A stretch of 64,000 nt of DNA from Chara braunii. Taxonomy: Eukaryota; Plantae; Charophyceae. Where the stretch lies: contig BFEA01000031.1 of the NCBI GenBank assembly GCA_003427395.1, positions 683,753 to 747,752 on the forward strand. Direction: 5' to 3'. The first letter of the stretch is position 1; each line of letters opens with the position of its first letter. The notes beneath the pieces are model-generated. The model saw only the letters and a list, made by a program, of their open reading frames with translations. It was not told the origin of the DNA and made no database searches. The translations under genes were made by a program, and so were the position numbers. Below, one piece after another: positions 27,201 to 38,592 of the stretch.

Positions 27201-30005
27201 AAGCAGAGGGAAAGAAGATGAACAATACAAAATGGTGGGGTAACTGTGGGCAGGCTGACTCACCCATAAGTTGGGTAGTTGGTCCAATTCCCTTGATAAC
27301 ACGAAAGCAGAGAGATATATAAAGTCTGGCTATTTTCCTTTTCTAAATATGTTTGACGTTTGGGTGGGGATCCTCATTAGTTGAGGTGACCTGGCCACTT
27401 GTCTGAAGACAAAATCTGATTGTGAAACTCATCTATTGATGTAGTTGTGTTGCGGGGGCCGGACGAATGCATAAGTTACGGGTTGTTCGGTCATTCGCGC
27501 TTGTTGTTGTTTGGGCGGGGCTAGACTACTCATAAGTTGGGTAGCCTGGTCTTATGCTATATGTCACTGTATGGGCTGGTCAGGCACAACATAAGTTGTT
27601 GTGTTTGGTCATATGCCTTTTGTTGTTGTTTAGGCAGAGGCTGACCCCTCATAAGTTAAGGAGGTTCAATTCTATGTGCATGCCGAACGTTCAGGCTGAC
27701 CAGCCTCACCATAAGTTGGTGCGGCCGGTCATACGCCTTATGTCGATCGTTTTGCAGAAACTGGTCACACCATAAGTTGGTGTGGTTTGGTCTTATGCGT
27801 ACGTATATGTATGTTACCAGACTTGGGCATTATGAGTTGGTGTGACCTAGTCATATAAATTGGCAGGTCAGTCACATCCATAAGTTGGGTTGGTTGACCC
27901 TATGTCTTATGTAAGGAAGGGTAAAAAGGGAATAATGAGGGTTTTTGAACGAACTACGTGACCTGGAAATGAACCTGAAGGTTGGTGAGAGATGTTGTTG
28001 CACTCACCTATGCATGTTTTTGAAGGTCATCTCTGGGGTATTCTCTTTGATAGAGTAGTTCTTGTAGATGCTCGCCAAGTGCTGGAGCCATAGGTAGGTA
28101 AGATGGATGATGGGAGGGAAGCTTGGGATGAGATAGGACCGACTCTGCTGAGGGTTAGGATCAACATTGGCTCATGGTCTCACTAAGAGGGCATGCAAAC
28201 TAATGTTGAGCCTAAGTTATCAAGCAGGTGTCAGAAGTTAGTCCAGGTATAATTTTGTCTTGCATTTTTGTTTTCAGTTTGTATAAATCTTGGTAGCCCA
28301 CTTTTCCTACGGGAAGCGCTGCCGAAATTTCTACAAATCTGAAAAAGTTAGTCATTTTTGGACTTGTAGAAATTCTGGGAAGGCACTTTTCCTACGGGAA
28401 GCGCTGCTGAAATTTTGCAGAATTTAGAGAGTTTGAGTATTTTCAGCCAGGAAAGATCTGGCAATCCATCCCGTTTAGGGGATATGCTGCCGAAATTTCC
28501 TGTATTTTTAGATAGATATGAGAGGTTAGTTAAAAAGGTAGGATTATTTCTTGATCACTCAAGCATGGCTTGGGTACTGGCCTGTGCTGCATTGCAGGTC
28601 ACCTTTATTCAGATTGATTCAAGGCTTGACTAGTTTCAAGCTGATCCTACAAAGATAATCTTCTGTTATCTTTTGATAACAAGTCGGTTTCCGGCCCAAC
28701 TCTAATCCACTCTTGCTACTCAACCTAAAGGCTTTAGCCCTGTGTTTTGTGTTGTTTTGTTCTATTTTCACCCGGACTTTAATTGAATGACCATTTAATA
28801 AAGACGCTGAGTATTTTATTTTGAGAGTTGCACAAAGAGTGAGATTTGTATAACTAAAGCGAGGGGTGTGAGCGCAAAGAATGGTTGAAGTTGACCCCGT
28901 GTAGTGTGTGCTCTGTTGATGTGAATTTTTTATGTGATTACAGGTATGTTCTGTGAATTGAAGTCCAGACTTGGTTCTGCGTATGATCATATGTGTATAT
29001 ATATATATTCAAAGGAAACCACACCGTGATTGTGAGAGTGATCGTCTCTTATCTCATAACTTTTATATCATATCTTCTTATGTTCGCACGACCCGTTGAG
29101 GCCGCGCATAGTGATTAAGTAAGAGCTGCACTGAGAGAAAAGAGAGGTCCCTGCTTAATTCTTGCTTTTTAGAGTTATTAGGGTTGGACGTTGTAGTCCG
29201 TGGCAGCCGTCAAAGTCAAACCCCTTGATATTTGATCGCCACGACAGCTTAGAGCTGTCTACTCAACCCCTCTGCACAGGGTGCAGAAGAGGGTGTGGTC
29301 TTCAACCGCACATGACGGTTATCTGGCGTCGAGAGATTACCCCTCAAAGCTCCTCTCAGCTGACACTTGAGCGTCGAACGTGACCCTCGAGAATATCAAG
29401 GGCCGCGAGGCTATGAGTACCACATAGTACCCCACCAGCACAAATGGTTGTGTATGTCCGCATGGCTGGTTGATATGAGGAGGCCATGCGCTCGCCCGAC
29501 ACTTATACGGGAACCCAGCGCGCGATACTTATCTGATTCTTGCTGCATAAAGTTATGGGTCGGATACTGAAGGGAGTAGGAGTGTTGTAGTGTTGTGGTG
29601 TTGTGGTGTTGTTTATGATACTTGTTTTGTGTGTGTCTATGTGTTATGTGTGGGTAGATGTGAGTGTTGTGGTGTAACGCGGGGTGTGTGCGATGCGTTC
29701 TGGTCGACCGACGCCGAGTCGCGTTTGGGACGTCAGCCCCCCAGAACGTTGACTCGCGTGCGGGTTCTATTTTGGGCGTTCGACCGCGCGTACCCCCTAT
29801 GCTACAGCGAACGAGAAACGCCCTCGGTTGGGCCACCTCTGCAATTGCATACGAAAAGCCTTCGCATGTGGTTCAGTAGCTCGGCGGGGATACGCCCACC
29901 TAAGGGATGGTGACAGCTCCCGCAGGTGGAGGTAAGCGGTGCCTCGCGTGACCCTGTCCTGTCGTAGGGGCTCGCGAGAGGTACGGCTGGCGCACTCGGC
30001 CGGAG
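24240..30005 (+). mobile_element. Unclassified large non-coding repeat element, copy B
   Basis: Colinear inverted homology with 4005-8960. It runs into a gap at 30006, and the left boundary may extend to the (AG)n at 22167. Confidence 0.7.
26680..27900 (+). repeat. Array of ~18 hairpins with loop core CA-TAAGT-TG and variable stems
   Basis: Examples: ctagactaccca-taagt-tgggtagcctag; ggctaggcgcaaca-taagt-tgttgtgcctggtc; ccacacca-taagt-tggtgtgg. Spacing mostly ~60 nt. Units 1-7 are re-duplicated about 780 bp downstream. Confidence 0.9.
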
Positions 30006-30934
30006 NNNNNNNNNNNNNNNNNNNNNNNNNNNNNNNNNNNNNNNNNNNNNNNNNNNNNNNNNNNNNNNNNNNNNNNNNNNNNNNNNNNNNNNNNNNNNNN
30101 NNNNNNNNNNNNNNNNNNNNNNNNNNNNNNNNNNNNNNNNNNNNNNNNNNNNNNNNNNNNNNNNNNNNNNNNNNNNNNNNNNNNNNNNNNNNNNNNNNNN
30201 NNNNNNNNNNNNNNNNNNNNNNNNNNNNNNNNNNNNNNNNNNNNNNNNNNNNNNNNNNNNNNNNNNNNNNNNNNNNNNNNNNNNNNNNNNNNNNNNNNNN
30301 NNNNNNNNNNNNNNNNNNNNNNNNNNNNNNNNNNNNNNNNNNNNNNNNNNNNNNNAACTTTTTGTCCGTTCGTTTTTTTTTTTCGTTTGTGTATTTGTTT
30401 TTTTTTTTTCCTTTTTTTTTTTTTTTGTTTTCTCAAGTGTGTCGTTCCTAGGTAAGTGGAGCCCGGCCTTCGCGCAGCGACCGGGCCTTCCCTTGAACGA
30501 CCCCCCTAGGGCTGCGGCGCGTATACGGGAGTGCCTGCGGCCCATAGCTGAGCGAGGTACTGGTGGTTTAAATTAAACCCACGGTGTCGAACGGGAACTT
30601 TGGACGCGAGGCCCAGACAATCTACTACAGGCCTCAAGAGACTATGGACCCTAGGTTCAGACAGGGTAGCACCCACTGTAGCAGTCTTACCGTCCTTCCC
30701 CTAGCTTACCCAAGGCCAGGCGGAACTCGAACTGGCCTGAGCGACTTATGTCCCTACCTTACCCTAGGGTCTAAGCCTTACATATAGCGACCAGACAGTT
30801 CTATCCGAATGTCAGTAGGAACCACACCCAGTGGCACCCTATCCAACCTACCTGAACGTACTGCAGATACCAGACCCCACCCAGTGACTAGACCCCCCCA
30901 GCCTGATATTATAGTGGTATGTATGCACCCACCC

Positions 30935-31342
30935 GGAAACTTGTGTATATAGCCCGTAGGCAATGTGTAGTTCGCAAGCTATGTGTATACCCGAAGGCTG
31001 TATCTGCTCTGTAAATCTATGTATCGAGATGTACAGACAGCATCATGTGTGGAAACTTGTGTATATAGCCCGTGGGCAATGTGCAGTCCGCAAGCTATGT
31101 GTACGCCCAAAGGCTGTGTGTGCTCTGTGATGCAGGCAATGTGTAGTTCGCAAGCTATGTGTATACCCGAAGGCTGTATCTGCTCTGTAAATCTATGTAT
31201 TGAGATGTACAGACAGCATCATGTGTGGAAACTTGTGTATGTAGCCCGTAGGCAATGTGTAGTTCGCAAGCTATGTGTATGCCCGGAGGCTGTGTGTGCT
31301 CTGTGAACCTATGCATCGAGATGTACGGACTGCATCATGTGT
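30935..31342. repeat. Tandem repeat, ~115-bp unit, ~3.5 copies
   Basis: ggaaacttgtgtatatagcccgtaggcaatgtgtagttcgcaagctatgtgtatacccgaaggctg recurs. Confidence 0.9.
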
Positions 31343-31394
31343 GTATATTGTGGAGAGAACGGGGCAAGCTGGACAAGGACCCCCCTCCCAGGTC

Positions 31395-31458
31395 CGAGCC
31401 AAGCTCGAACCCGTGACCTTGTAACATGTAATCAAATGACTCTGCCGTATGAACAACT
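31395..31458 (-). other. Degenerate tRNA-like segment (possible SINE head)
   Basis: Minus strand gttgttcatacggcagag...aaggtcacgGGTTCGAGCttgg has a B-box and T-arm-like context with a degenerate A-box. Confidence 0.4.
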
Positions 31459-31611
31459 ATTGGAAATGGCACGAACGTGTGATATGCCAGACTGGGGAGA
31501 TCAACAGAACACCCAAGCCCAACACCCCCAAGCAACCCCTGCGGAACCCAAAACCAACATACAACACCGTGGACAACCCTTGGGTGGTGCGCAGGCAGTG
31601 TCTGTAATAGT

Positions 31612-31741
31612 ACCATGCGTCAGCCCAAGGGGGTGTGTGTCCAGCCGTGAGTCAATCTAACGCCCTGCCTGTGTCCATGCGTTAGCCCAAGGGGGTGTGT
31701 GTCCAGCCGTGAGTCAATCTAACGCCCTGCCTGTGTCCATG
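31612..31741. repeat. Two ~64-bp tandem units
   Basis: ccatgcgtyagcccaagggggtgtgtgtccagccgtgagtcaatctaacgccctgcctgtgt occurs twice. Confidence 0.9.
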
Positions 31742-31803
31742 TGCAAGGCTGCGGGGTTTTGAACGCACATTTCCAACCAGTGCTCTAACCACTGAGCTAC
31801 ATC
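31741..31803 (-). other. tRNA-derived Pol III head (SINE-like or tRNA pseudogene)
   Basis: Minus strand gatgTAGCTCAGTGGttagagcactggttggaaatgtgcGTTCAAAACcccg has an A-box/D-arm and a B-box-like element. The anticodon arm is incomplete. Confidence 0.6.
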
Positions 31804-32600
31804 AACTGGTCAGGGACGCTGGACCCGGTTTCCAGCAGGTGCCGCTCCCCACCAATAGATGGAGCTGCCCGGCAGCCAAGGCCTCAATTCTGGTGGTTCT
31901 CTCACCACCACCGGGATAGTGGCCTTGCATAAGGGCTTCTTTCTCAAAAAAACAAAAAAACAAACAAAAAAAAGGAACGAGGCAACAAATGACAGAAGGA
32001 GAGGAAAGAAAAGCAACCACGGTAACCGTTGCCGTGGGAGGGCACCAGACTACCACTGCCCAGAACAGATGACACAGTCGTGGGCAACTTTTTGAATTTC
32101 AAAAAGGGAGGAAAAGCACACTGTGGCAATTATTACAGCCAACTTCTTCTTTCTTTTTTTTTTTCTCAGCCAAGATTTTGAAACAACTTCTTGTCTTGAT
32201 TTCAACTCTTTCCAAAACAGATGTTGAGCTCTTCTTTCAGATCATCATGAGCAGGGCCTTTCGGGTGGAGCCAATCCTTTTTGACATAAGGGTATGGTCT
32301 TCATAAAGCACCTGAAAGCGTGTGTCAGCAGCTGAAAGCTTGTCTACGTCAGCAGCTGCTTTCCTGTTCGTTTTTTTTGTTTCTTGTTTTATGTTTTAAA
32401 TTTAGAACAGCCCAAGCGGCTGCTAGGGGTGCTAATACAAGCACGCACCACTAGCACTCTTAGGGAGGCTCCATCTATTGGTGGGGAGTAGCACCTGCTG
32501 GACATCGGGTCCCGTTCTTTTTTTTTTTTTTTTTTTTTTTNNNNNNNNNNNNNNNNNNNNNNNNNNNNNNNNNNNNNNNNNNNNNNNNNNNNNNNNNNNN

Positions 32601-35600
32601 TTTTTTTTTGAAACAACCCGAAGCTGTGATAGAGGTGCTTATAAGAGCAGACACGTCTACCACAGTCGGGGAGGCTCCATCTATTGGTGGGGAGCTGCAC
32701 CTGCTGGAAACCGGGTCCAGCGTCCCTAAACATCGTGTTCCCTGTTGTACACAGACCAAATGAAACGGGCAGCAGTAGCAGGATGACCCAACCCTGATGG
32801 AGACAAATCATGAGTAAGGCCACACATCTACTCTACCTCCTTAGCCACTTGCCCACCGGACATTTGTATATTCGGGTGGTCGTGGCCCAAGTGTAGTGAC
32901 CACTATCACCATTTCTGCTCATAAGGGTGACCGTAGCCCGAATGTAGTGAACACTATCTCCGTTTCTGCTCACGAAGCTAAGTCAAAACCTCTGTGTATG
33001 AACCGCCCTGTGTGTAGGCAAAATGACCCCCATTCCCCAACCCCCACCCTCTAGAACAGTAAGTTTTGGTCCGTGTTAAAGGCTTTCAGTGCGTTGTGAG
33101 CGATATGAGACAGTATCAGTTATATATGGAGAAGCCGTTACAGGTTGCAGTCAGCCGTATTTTGAGTCTGTCCCAGGCTGTCGGGATGTGGTCCGCTCTG
33201 CATTCTGTAAACAATCCCTCCTGGGTAACCCCTAACCCCTAAACCCTTAAGACCGCGGCAGGTCCTATTTCCACAGCTGATGGCAATACTTACATTGTGT
33301 AACTTGCAAACAATGGTTCTTGAACCGGGACGCAAATTGTAGGCCCTCTCACCCCTAACCTCTAAACCTGCAAACCATGGAGATCACCGTAGTGCCTGTT
33401 ATCTCAGATGACAGAAGTCCGTTGATTGTGCAAGCAGCCTGTCTTGTTGTGTTGATCCCCTGACCCCAACCTGAGGCGGCTCCCTGGTCTGCGACTGCTG
33501 TTGCTCGTCGTCCAATGGGTCCGTTCATTGTGCAACCGGCCTGTGTTGTCGTGTTGATCCCCTGACCCCATCCTGAGGCGGGTCCCTGGTCTGTGATTGC
33601 TGTTGCGATTGCTGTCACTCCTCGTCCGCTGATCCGACGTACCCGGGTCACGTAGTTGCCCCCTCCTTTTACTGTATTTCCGAGAGATATGGGGGCGGTA
33701 GCAGTGCGGGATCGGGAGCAGGGCAAGGAGATGTGGGGTGGGGGTCTACGGGATGAGCAGGAAGCTGGTCGGGAGGAAGGGGACCGCAAAATCTTTCAGG
33801 GGTTTCCTCTGCCAGACTAGCTCCCCAGCTCTCCAATGCTTCCATTGTATGCTGAGATCGTGTTGCAATGCAGAGAAGAGACGGTGGGGGTCTTGCCATA
33901 TCTGGCAATACGATTCCCTGATAGCCTCCCTGAGAGTGGCATCCTTCTCTTCGTGATACTCCCGTGTCATGGTCTTCCAGGCATTGTGGGTATGGGATCT
34001 GATCTCGTACTTTATTTCCTGTTGCGGTCTCTGCAATCCAAACTGGTAGTCTTTTCTCTCGTAGGAGCACCGTGCCCTCCATGTTTGCATGAGGACATGA
34101 AAACTCGTATGTGAGAAGAGATTAACCCCAAACGGAGACCAGTTTGCTAGCAACTGTTGATTTTCGCCAAGGAGAATGAGGCCAAGATCCCACGGTATGT
34201 GATGGTCCGTCAAGGAGTGAAACGCTGCATCCCACCACCTCCAGATTTGAGCAGCCATCGGGCAAGACAGAAGGCAGTGCTCAAGGGTTGCCCTAGCAGG
34301 CTGAGAAGCCCGACCGCAGTACGTGCATATAGGGGACAACAGTCCTTTTTGCTCCAGGTTAGTTCTGGAAACAATCCAATCTGGGGTGGGGAGACAGCGA
34401 TGTAAGATTTGCCATTGCAGGGACCTAAGGCTTGTGGGCATGAGTTTAGCATATTTGGCCCAGGGAAGGGTGCTCAGCAACTGTGCATCAAGTGGTGAGT
34501 CGCGTTCCCATCTATGCACGATCGTTTTCCCAATCTGCTGCTGAGGCCGGGCTGCCTTATACCCTCCTCTGACCGTGTAGTCCCAGATATGCAGGTNNNN
34601 NNNNNNNNNNNNNNNNNNNNNNNNNNNNNNNNNNNNNNNNNNNNNNNNNNNNNNNNNNNNNNNNNNNNNNNNNNNNNNNNNNNNNNNNNNNNNNNNNNNN
34701 NNNNNNNNNNNNNNNNNNNNNNNNNNNNNNNNNNNNNNNNNNNNNNNNNNNNNNNNNNNNNNNNNNNNNNNNNNNNNNNNNNNNNNNNNNNNNNNNNNNN
34801 NNNNNNNNNNNNNNNNNNNNNNNNNNNNNNNNNNNNNNNNNNNNNNAGTCCCAGATATGCAGGTTGTGTTGGCCCTTCCATTCCCATTCGTCCGGGTCGA
34901 ATGGGAGCAGGGCCACGGGTATGGATGGCTCATACACCTGGAATCCTTTGTCGTGGTCCCCCACGACTCTGATATTTATCAATCCGACCCATGATTCTGT
35001 AACGTCGGAGTCCGCATCCCCGTTTAGGCGGAAGAGCCGCTTACCCGGCATATGTAGAGCAAAGGCATCCAGTGTGCAGCTCGCACCATTTCTGTTGCAG
35101 ACTCTGTAGACTTTGTCCGGTTGTGGGAGGTCAGCATATCTGACTACCCAGTCTTGCGGTTCAATCGTCGGACCTGTTTTGAGAGTTTGCAGCCAGGCCA
35201 GTGACAGTGCATCGGTGAGCTAGCGAGTCTTTTCTTCAATATTCCAGACATATTTTAGCTTAGCCCTCAGGACATCCGGTGAGAGCCATTTCTGTTCGAC
35301 CAGATCCCAGAGGTCACCCATCGTATAAATCCCTTTTTTTGCCTAGACCAGCCACGACGAGTTGGCTGTGAGCACAAAGGGGGACCCATCTTCATTCAAG
35401 ATAAAGGGGTTTCCGAAGAGTGGCTGCCGCCACACATTATGCCACCTGTTGGGTGCTCGCTTTTGCTTGGGGCCAGTCGTTCTCCATAGCTTAATCATGG
35501 TCGGCCAGAGAGGGTCATCGTGAATGTCCTGCCTGATGGCACGTGATGCAGCCCCGGCTTGTGTCTGTCGGCGAGGGCTCGGGAGTGACCAATGGTTATT

Positions 35601-37095
35601 GGTCAGCCATTGGAATGGGTGTATGTGACCTGAAGGCACCGATTCCGGTGCCAGCCCTGCAATCTGCACACAGGCCAGAGGCCTCCATGGAATATCATTT
35701 CCTACAAGGAGTCTAGTCAATACTTTGAACATCATAGCGTCAGTCTCCCTGTGAGGATCAAGTATCCCCATCCCCCCTACGGATCTCGGTTGTGTGAGAG
35801 TGTCCCAGCGTACCCTGTTCAAGCACTCTTCCTCTTTTGCGTTGTTCTTCCATAGATACGTTGTGAGCGCTTTCCGCAGTCGGGTATATTGCTTCGGTGT
35901 CAACGGCCACACCGCTAGCTTGTACCATATAGCTGCGAGGATGGCATTGTTGATTGCCAGCGCACGTCCAACCAACGATGTGTGCAACCCCTCCCATTTC
36001 GCAAGGCGGTTGATGGCCATGTTCACCAGGTTATCTCCATGATCCACCGGGGCCCCCATCGCTGTCAGCTTCACTCCCAATATTCTTATAGCATCTTCTT
36101 TCCTCGCCCATGCTACACACGGGGCCGGTGGCGGAGGTTCATCATGAGGGTGGAACCACCAGCCCTCTGTCTTTGAGCCCCAATTCACTTTCATATCTGC
36201 CGCCAACGAGAAGAGGTGTATAGTTTGGGTGAGGGCTTGCAGGCTGTCTCGATCTGCACGTATGAGGACCGTGAGGTCGTCAACAAACAGAGATGTCATC
36301 GAGATAAGATGATCAGGGATCTCTGGGATCGATATTTGCTTGGCGGACTGATCTCTGCAATTGGATCGGTGCAGAGAGATGGCCATTGAGCATGATATTT
36401 GTGGTGGCCGATCTGTGGAGGATTTGTACCCATCGACAGAACTGGGAGCCGAAATTCATTTTTGTCAGGCACATATCTAGGAAGTCCCAATCAACATGAT
36501 CATATGCTTTCTCGAAGTCTATGAACAGTATGGCTGCGTGGGCCCTGCGCTGGCGTGCATATTTGATAGTCTTGTTGACCAGCAGGATATTGTACTGGAT
36601 GTTACGGTTCGACATGAACCCTGTTTGATCCGGATGGATCAACAGGTTCATGTATGGCAGCAGGTGAATGGTGAGGGCTTTGGCCACCAATTTGTAGGGG
36701 ACCGGGAGGAGAGTGATCAGTCTATAGTTTCTAATGTCCTCTTTGTCTCCCTTTTTGTAGAGGAGCGTTGTGACCCCTTGGCTGATCATAGCCCCAAAAA
36801 AGCCTCCCTCTTGCACTGCCTTTATGTAATCCATGAGGTCATCTTTGAAGAGGTCCCAGAACGACACCCAGAATTCTTTCGGGAAGGAGTCAATTCCTGG
36901 AGTCTTCTCATCGTCCATGTCCCGCAGGGCATCCCATATTTCTTCCTGATCGGGTCCTGTTCTTGCTTTCTGAAATGTTGCATGTCTTTCTCTTTGGTTC
37001 CCTTTCCTAAGGGCATACTCACACTAGGACTTTCCTGTCCGTATCCGACCTCTTTTATGGTCGGACCTGGATGCATCTGATTGCTATCACGTCCC
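32601..37095 (-). mobile_element. 5'-truncated L1/Tx1-like LINE (RT-zf-RVT, 3' UTR, polyA), same family as 9.0-13.3 kb
   Basis: ORFs 36313-36918 (KTPGID..NYR..DFEKAYDHVDW), 35343-36386 (LFVDD) and 33746-35051 (LQWQILHRCLPT..CTYC..TLEHCLLSC). The GDP motif after SVRQ is deleted. The UTR ends in the double-hairpin motif (32669-32726) and an A tail. Confidence 0.92.
33417..33606. repeat. ~102-bp tandem duplication in the LINE 3' UTR
   Basis: gtccgttsattgtgcaa..gtgttgatcccctgacccca.cctgaggcgg.tccctggtctg occurs twice. Confidence 0.85.
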
Positions 37096-37568
37096 AAGAT
37101 AACTTGACAGTTGAAACAGTCCTTGCAGGATTATTATTATTATTATTATTACTATTATGCCCTAAAGGCTAAATTCCTTTTGGCATAACAAGTGGACCAG
37201 CCGCAGCAAAGGAGGATCACAAAAACATTTTGCAAAATACCCCAGACATTGGTTGGACCCCATCTCTGCAATGTACCTCTACCAGACACCATCCAACTTT
37301 GCAAAATGCCCCTGGAGTTGCGAACTTTTTGTAGGTGCAATTGCAAAAGCCCAGGGCGTAAACGGGGAGGCTGAGATTGCAAATTTGCACACCTGCCTGA
37401 CAGGGCCACAACACAAAGATGCCAGGCATTGTCAGCCCAAAAGGCCATTCCACTGTGCCCAGATCTTTCAGGGACATTTTGACATATATCTCAACGTATG
37501 GGGGCATTTGGCAAATTATCCCCCCCCAAAAAGGGTGGACTCTCTACCCCCCCCCCAAAAAAAAAGGT

Positions 37569-37570
<2 letters not shown>

Positions 37571-37666
<96 letters not shown>

Positions 37667-38185
37667 TTGTGCGACCTTGCGGCCTCCTTGTCCCCTCCTG
37701 GCCCCCTCCTCCTTTCCCCTTCCTGCACGACCTCCCGCAACCTCTCCTCTCCATCGTGCAACCTGCTCCTGCCCCTCCCACGACCTCCTCGTCACCTTTG
37801 TGCGACCTCCTCCCCCTCGTGCGACCTCCTCTCTGTCCTTGCGCGACCTGCACTTCCCCCTCGCACAACATCTTCGGGCCTCCTCTTTCCCCTTGCGTGA
37901 CCATCTCCCACCAGGTCCTCTCTTCCCAAGTCTTCCAGCCACCTCCAGCTCCTCCTCCTCCTTGCACGACTTCCTCCTCCCCCTCACACGTCCTCTTCTG
38001 ACCTCCTCATCCTGCTCGTACGAACTCCTCCCACCTCTTCCCACCTCCACACGTCTTCCGCGTGACCTCCTTCTCGTCCTTGCATGATCTGCACTTCCCC
38101 CTCGCACGTCATCATCCGACCTCCTCCTCCCCCTTGCGCGGCCTCCATGCGACCTCCTCCTCCCCCTCATGCATCCTCTTCTTGC
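37571..38185. repeat. (CT)n followed by a degenerate pyrimidine-rich minisatellite (tgcgacctcctcctcccc)
   Basis: Seen directly. It accounts for the spurious low-complexity ORFs here. Confidence 0.8.
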
Positions 38186-38592
38186 CAGGCCCACCCCAGG
38201 CATGGCCATTATCTGGCCCGGGCGACATTGAGGATGTTTGTTTTAGAACATGAGGGACGCACAGCATTCGGGGCCACATCGGCCAAGGCATCAGCACACC
38301 GTGGGATCCTTTGTAAATCAGAAGTTCAGAACTTTTTTTTTTTTTTTTTTTTTTTTTTAATGAGAAACAATCTGAGCTAATGCTAGGGGTGCTGATAGTA
38401 GCAGGCACCGCTAGCACTCCCGGGGAGGCTCCATCTATTGGTGGGGAGCAGCACCTGCTGGAAAACGGGTCCAGCGTCCCAAAACATTATGATCGTTTGA
38501 CACCTGCTGGAAAGCGGGTCCAGCATCCCAGATTACAACACGATAGTCTATATTGATTGATCGTTATTTGACGGGTAGCATTGATTGCCCTC

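Larger units (their letters stand above)
21471..30567. mobile_element. TIR-bounded DNA transposon-like unit flanked by TTAA (non-autonomous, with nested cargo)
   Basis: Left ttaa|ACCACCAGTACCTGGCCCAGCTAT and right ATAGCTGAGCGAGGTACTGGTGGT|ttaa form a 24-bp inverted repeat with 2 mismatches. Two assembly gaps lie inside, so pairing of these ends is inferred. Confidence 0.65.

Noticed and set aside
29828-29876. Group II intron domain V-like hairpin
   Set aside because: About 45 nt rather than ~34, lacks the AGC triad/GNRA geometry, and no maturase is present.
34597-34846. ~250-bp gap read as missing protein sequence
   Set aside because: agtcccagatatgcaggt occurs on both sides, so the contigs probably overlap and the frame reads ..HNLHIWDYTV.. 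continuously.
37253-38417. Cluster of overlapping ORFs (SLSL/RERE)
   Set aside because: Translations of microsatellite and minisatellite sequence.
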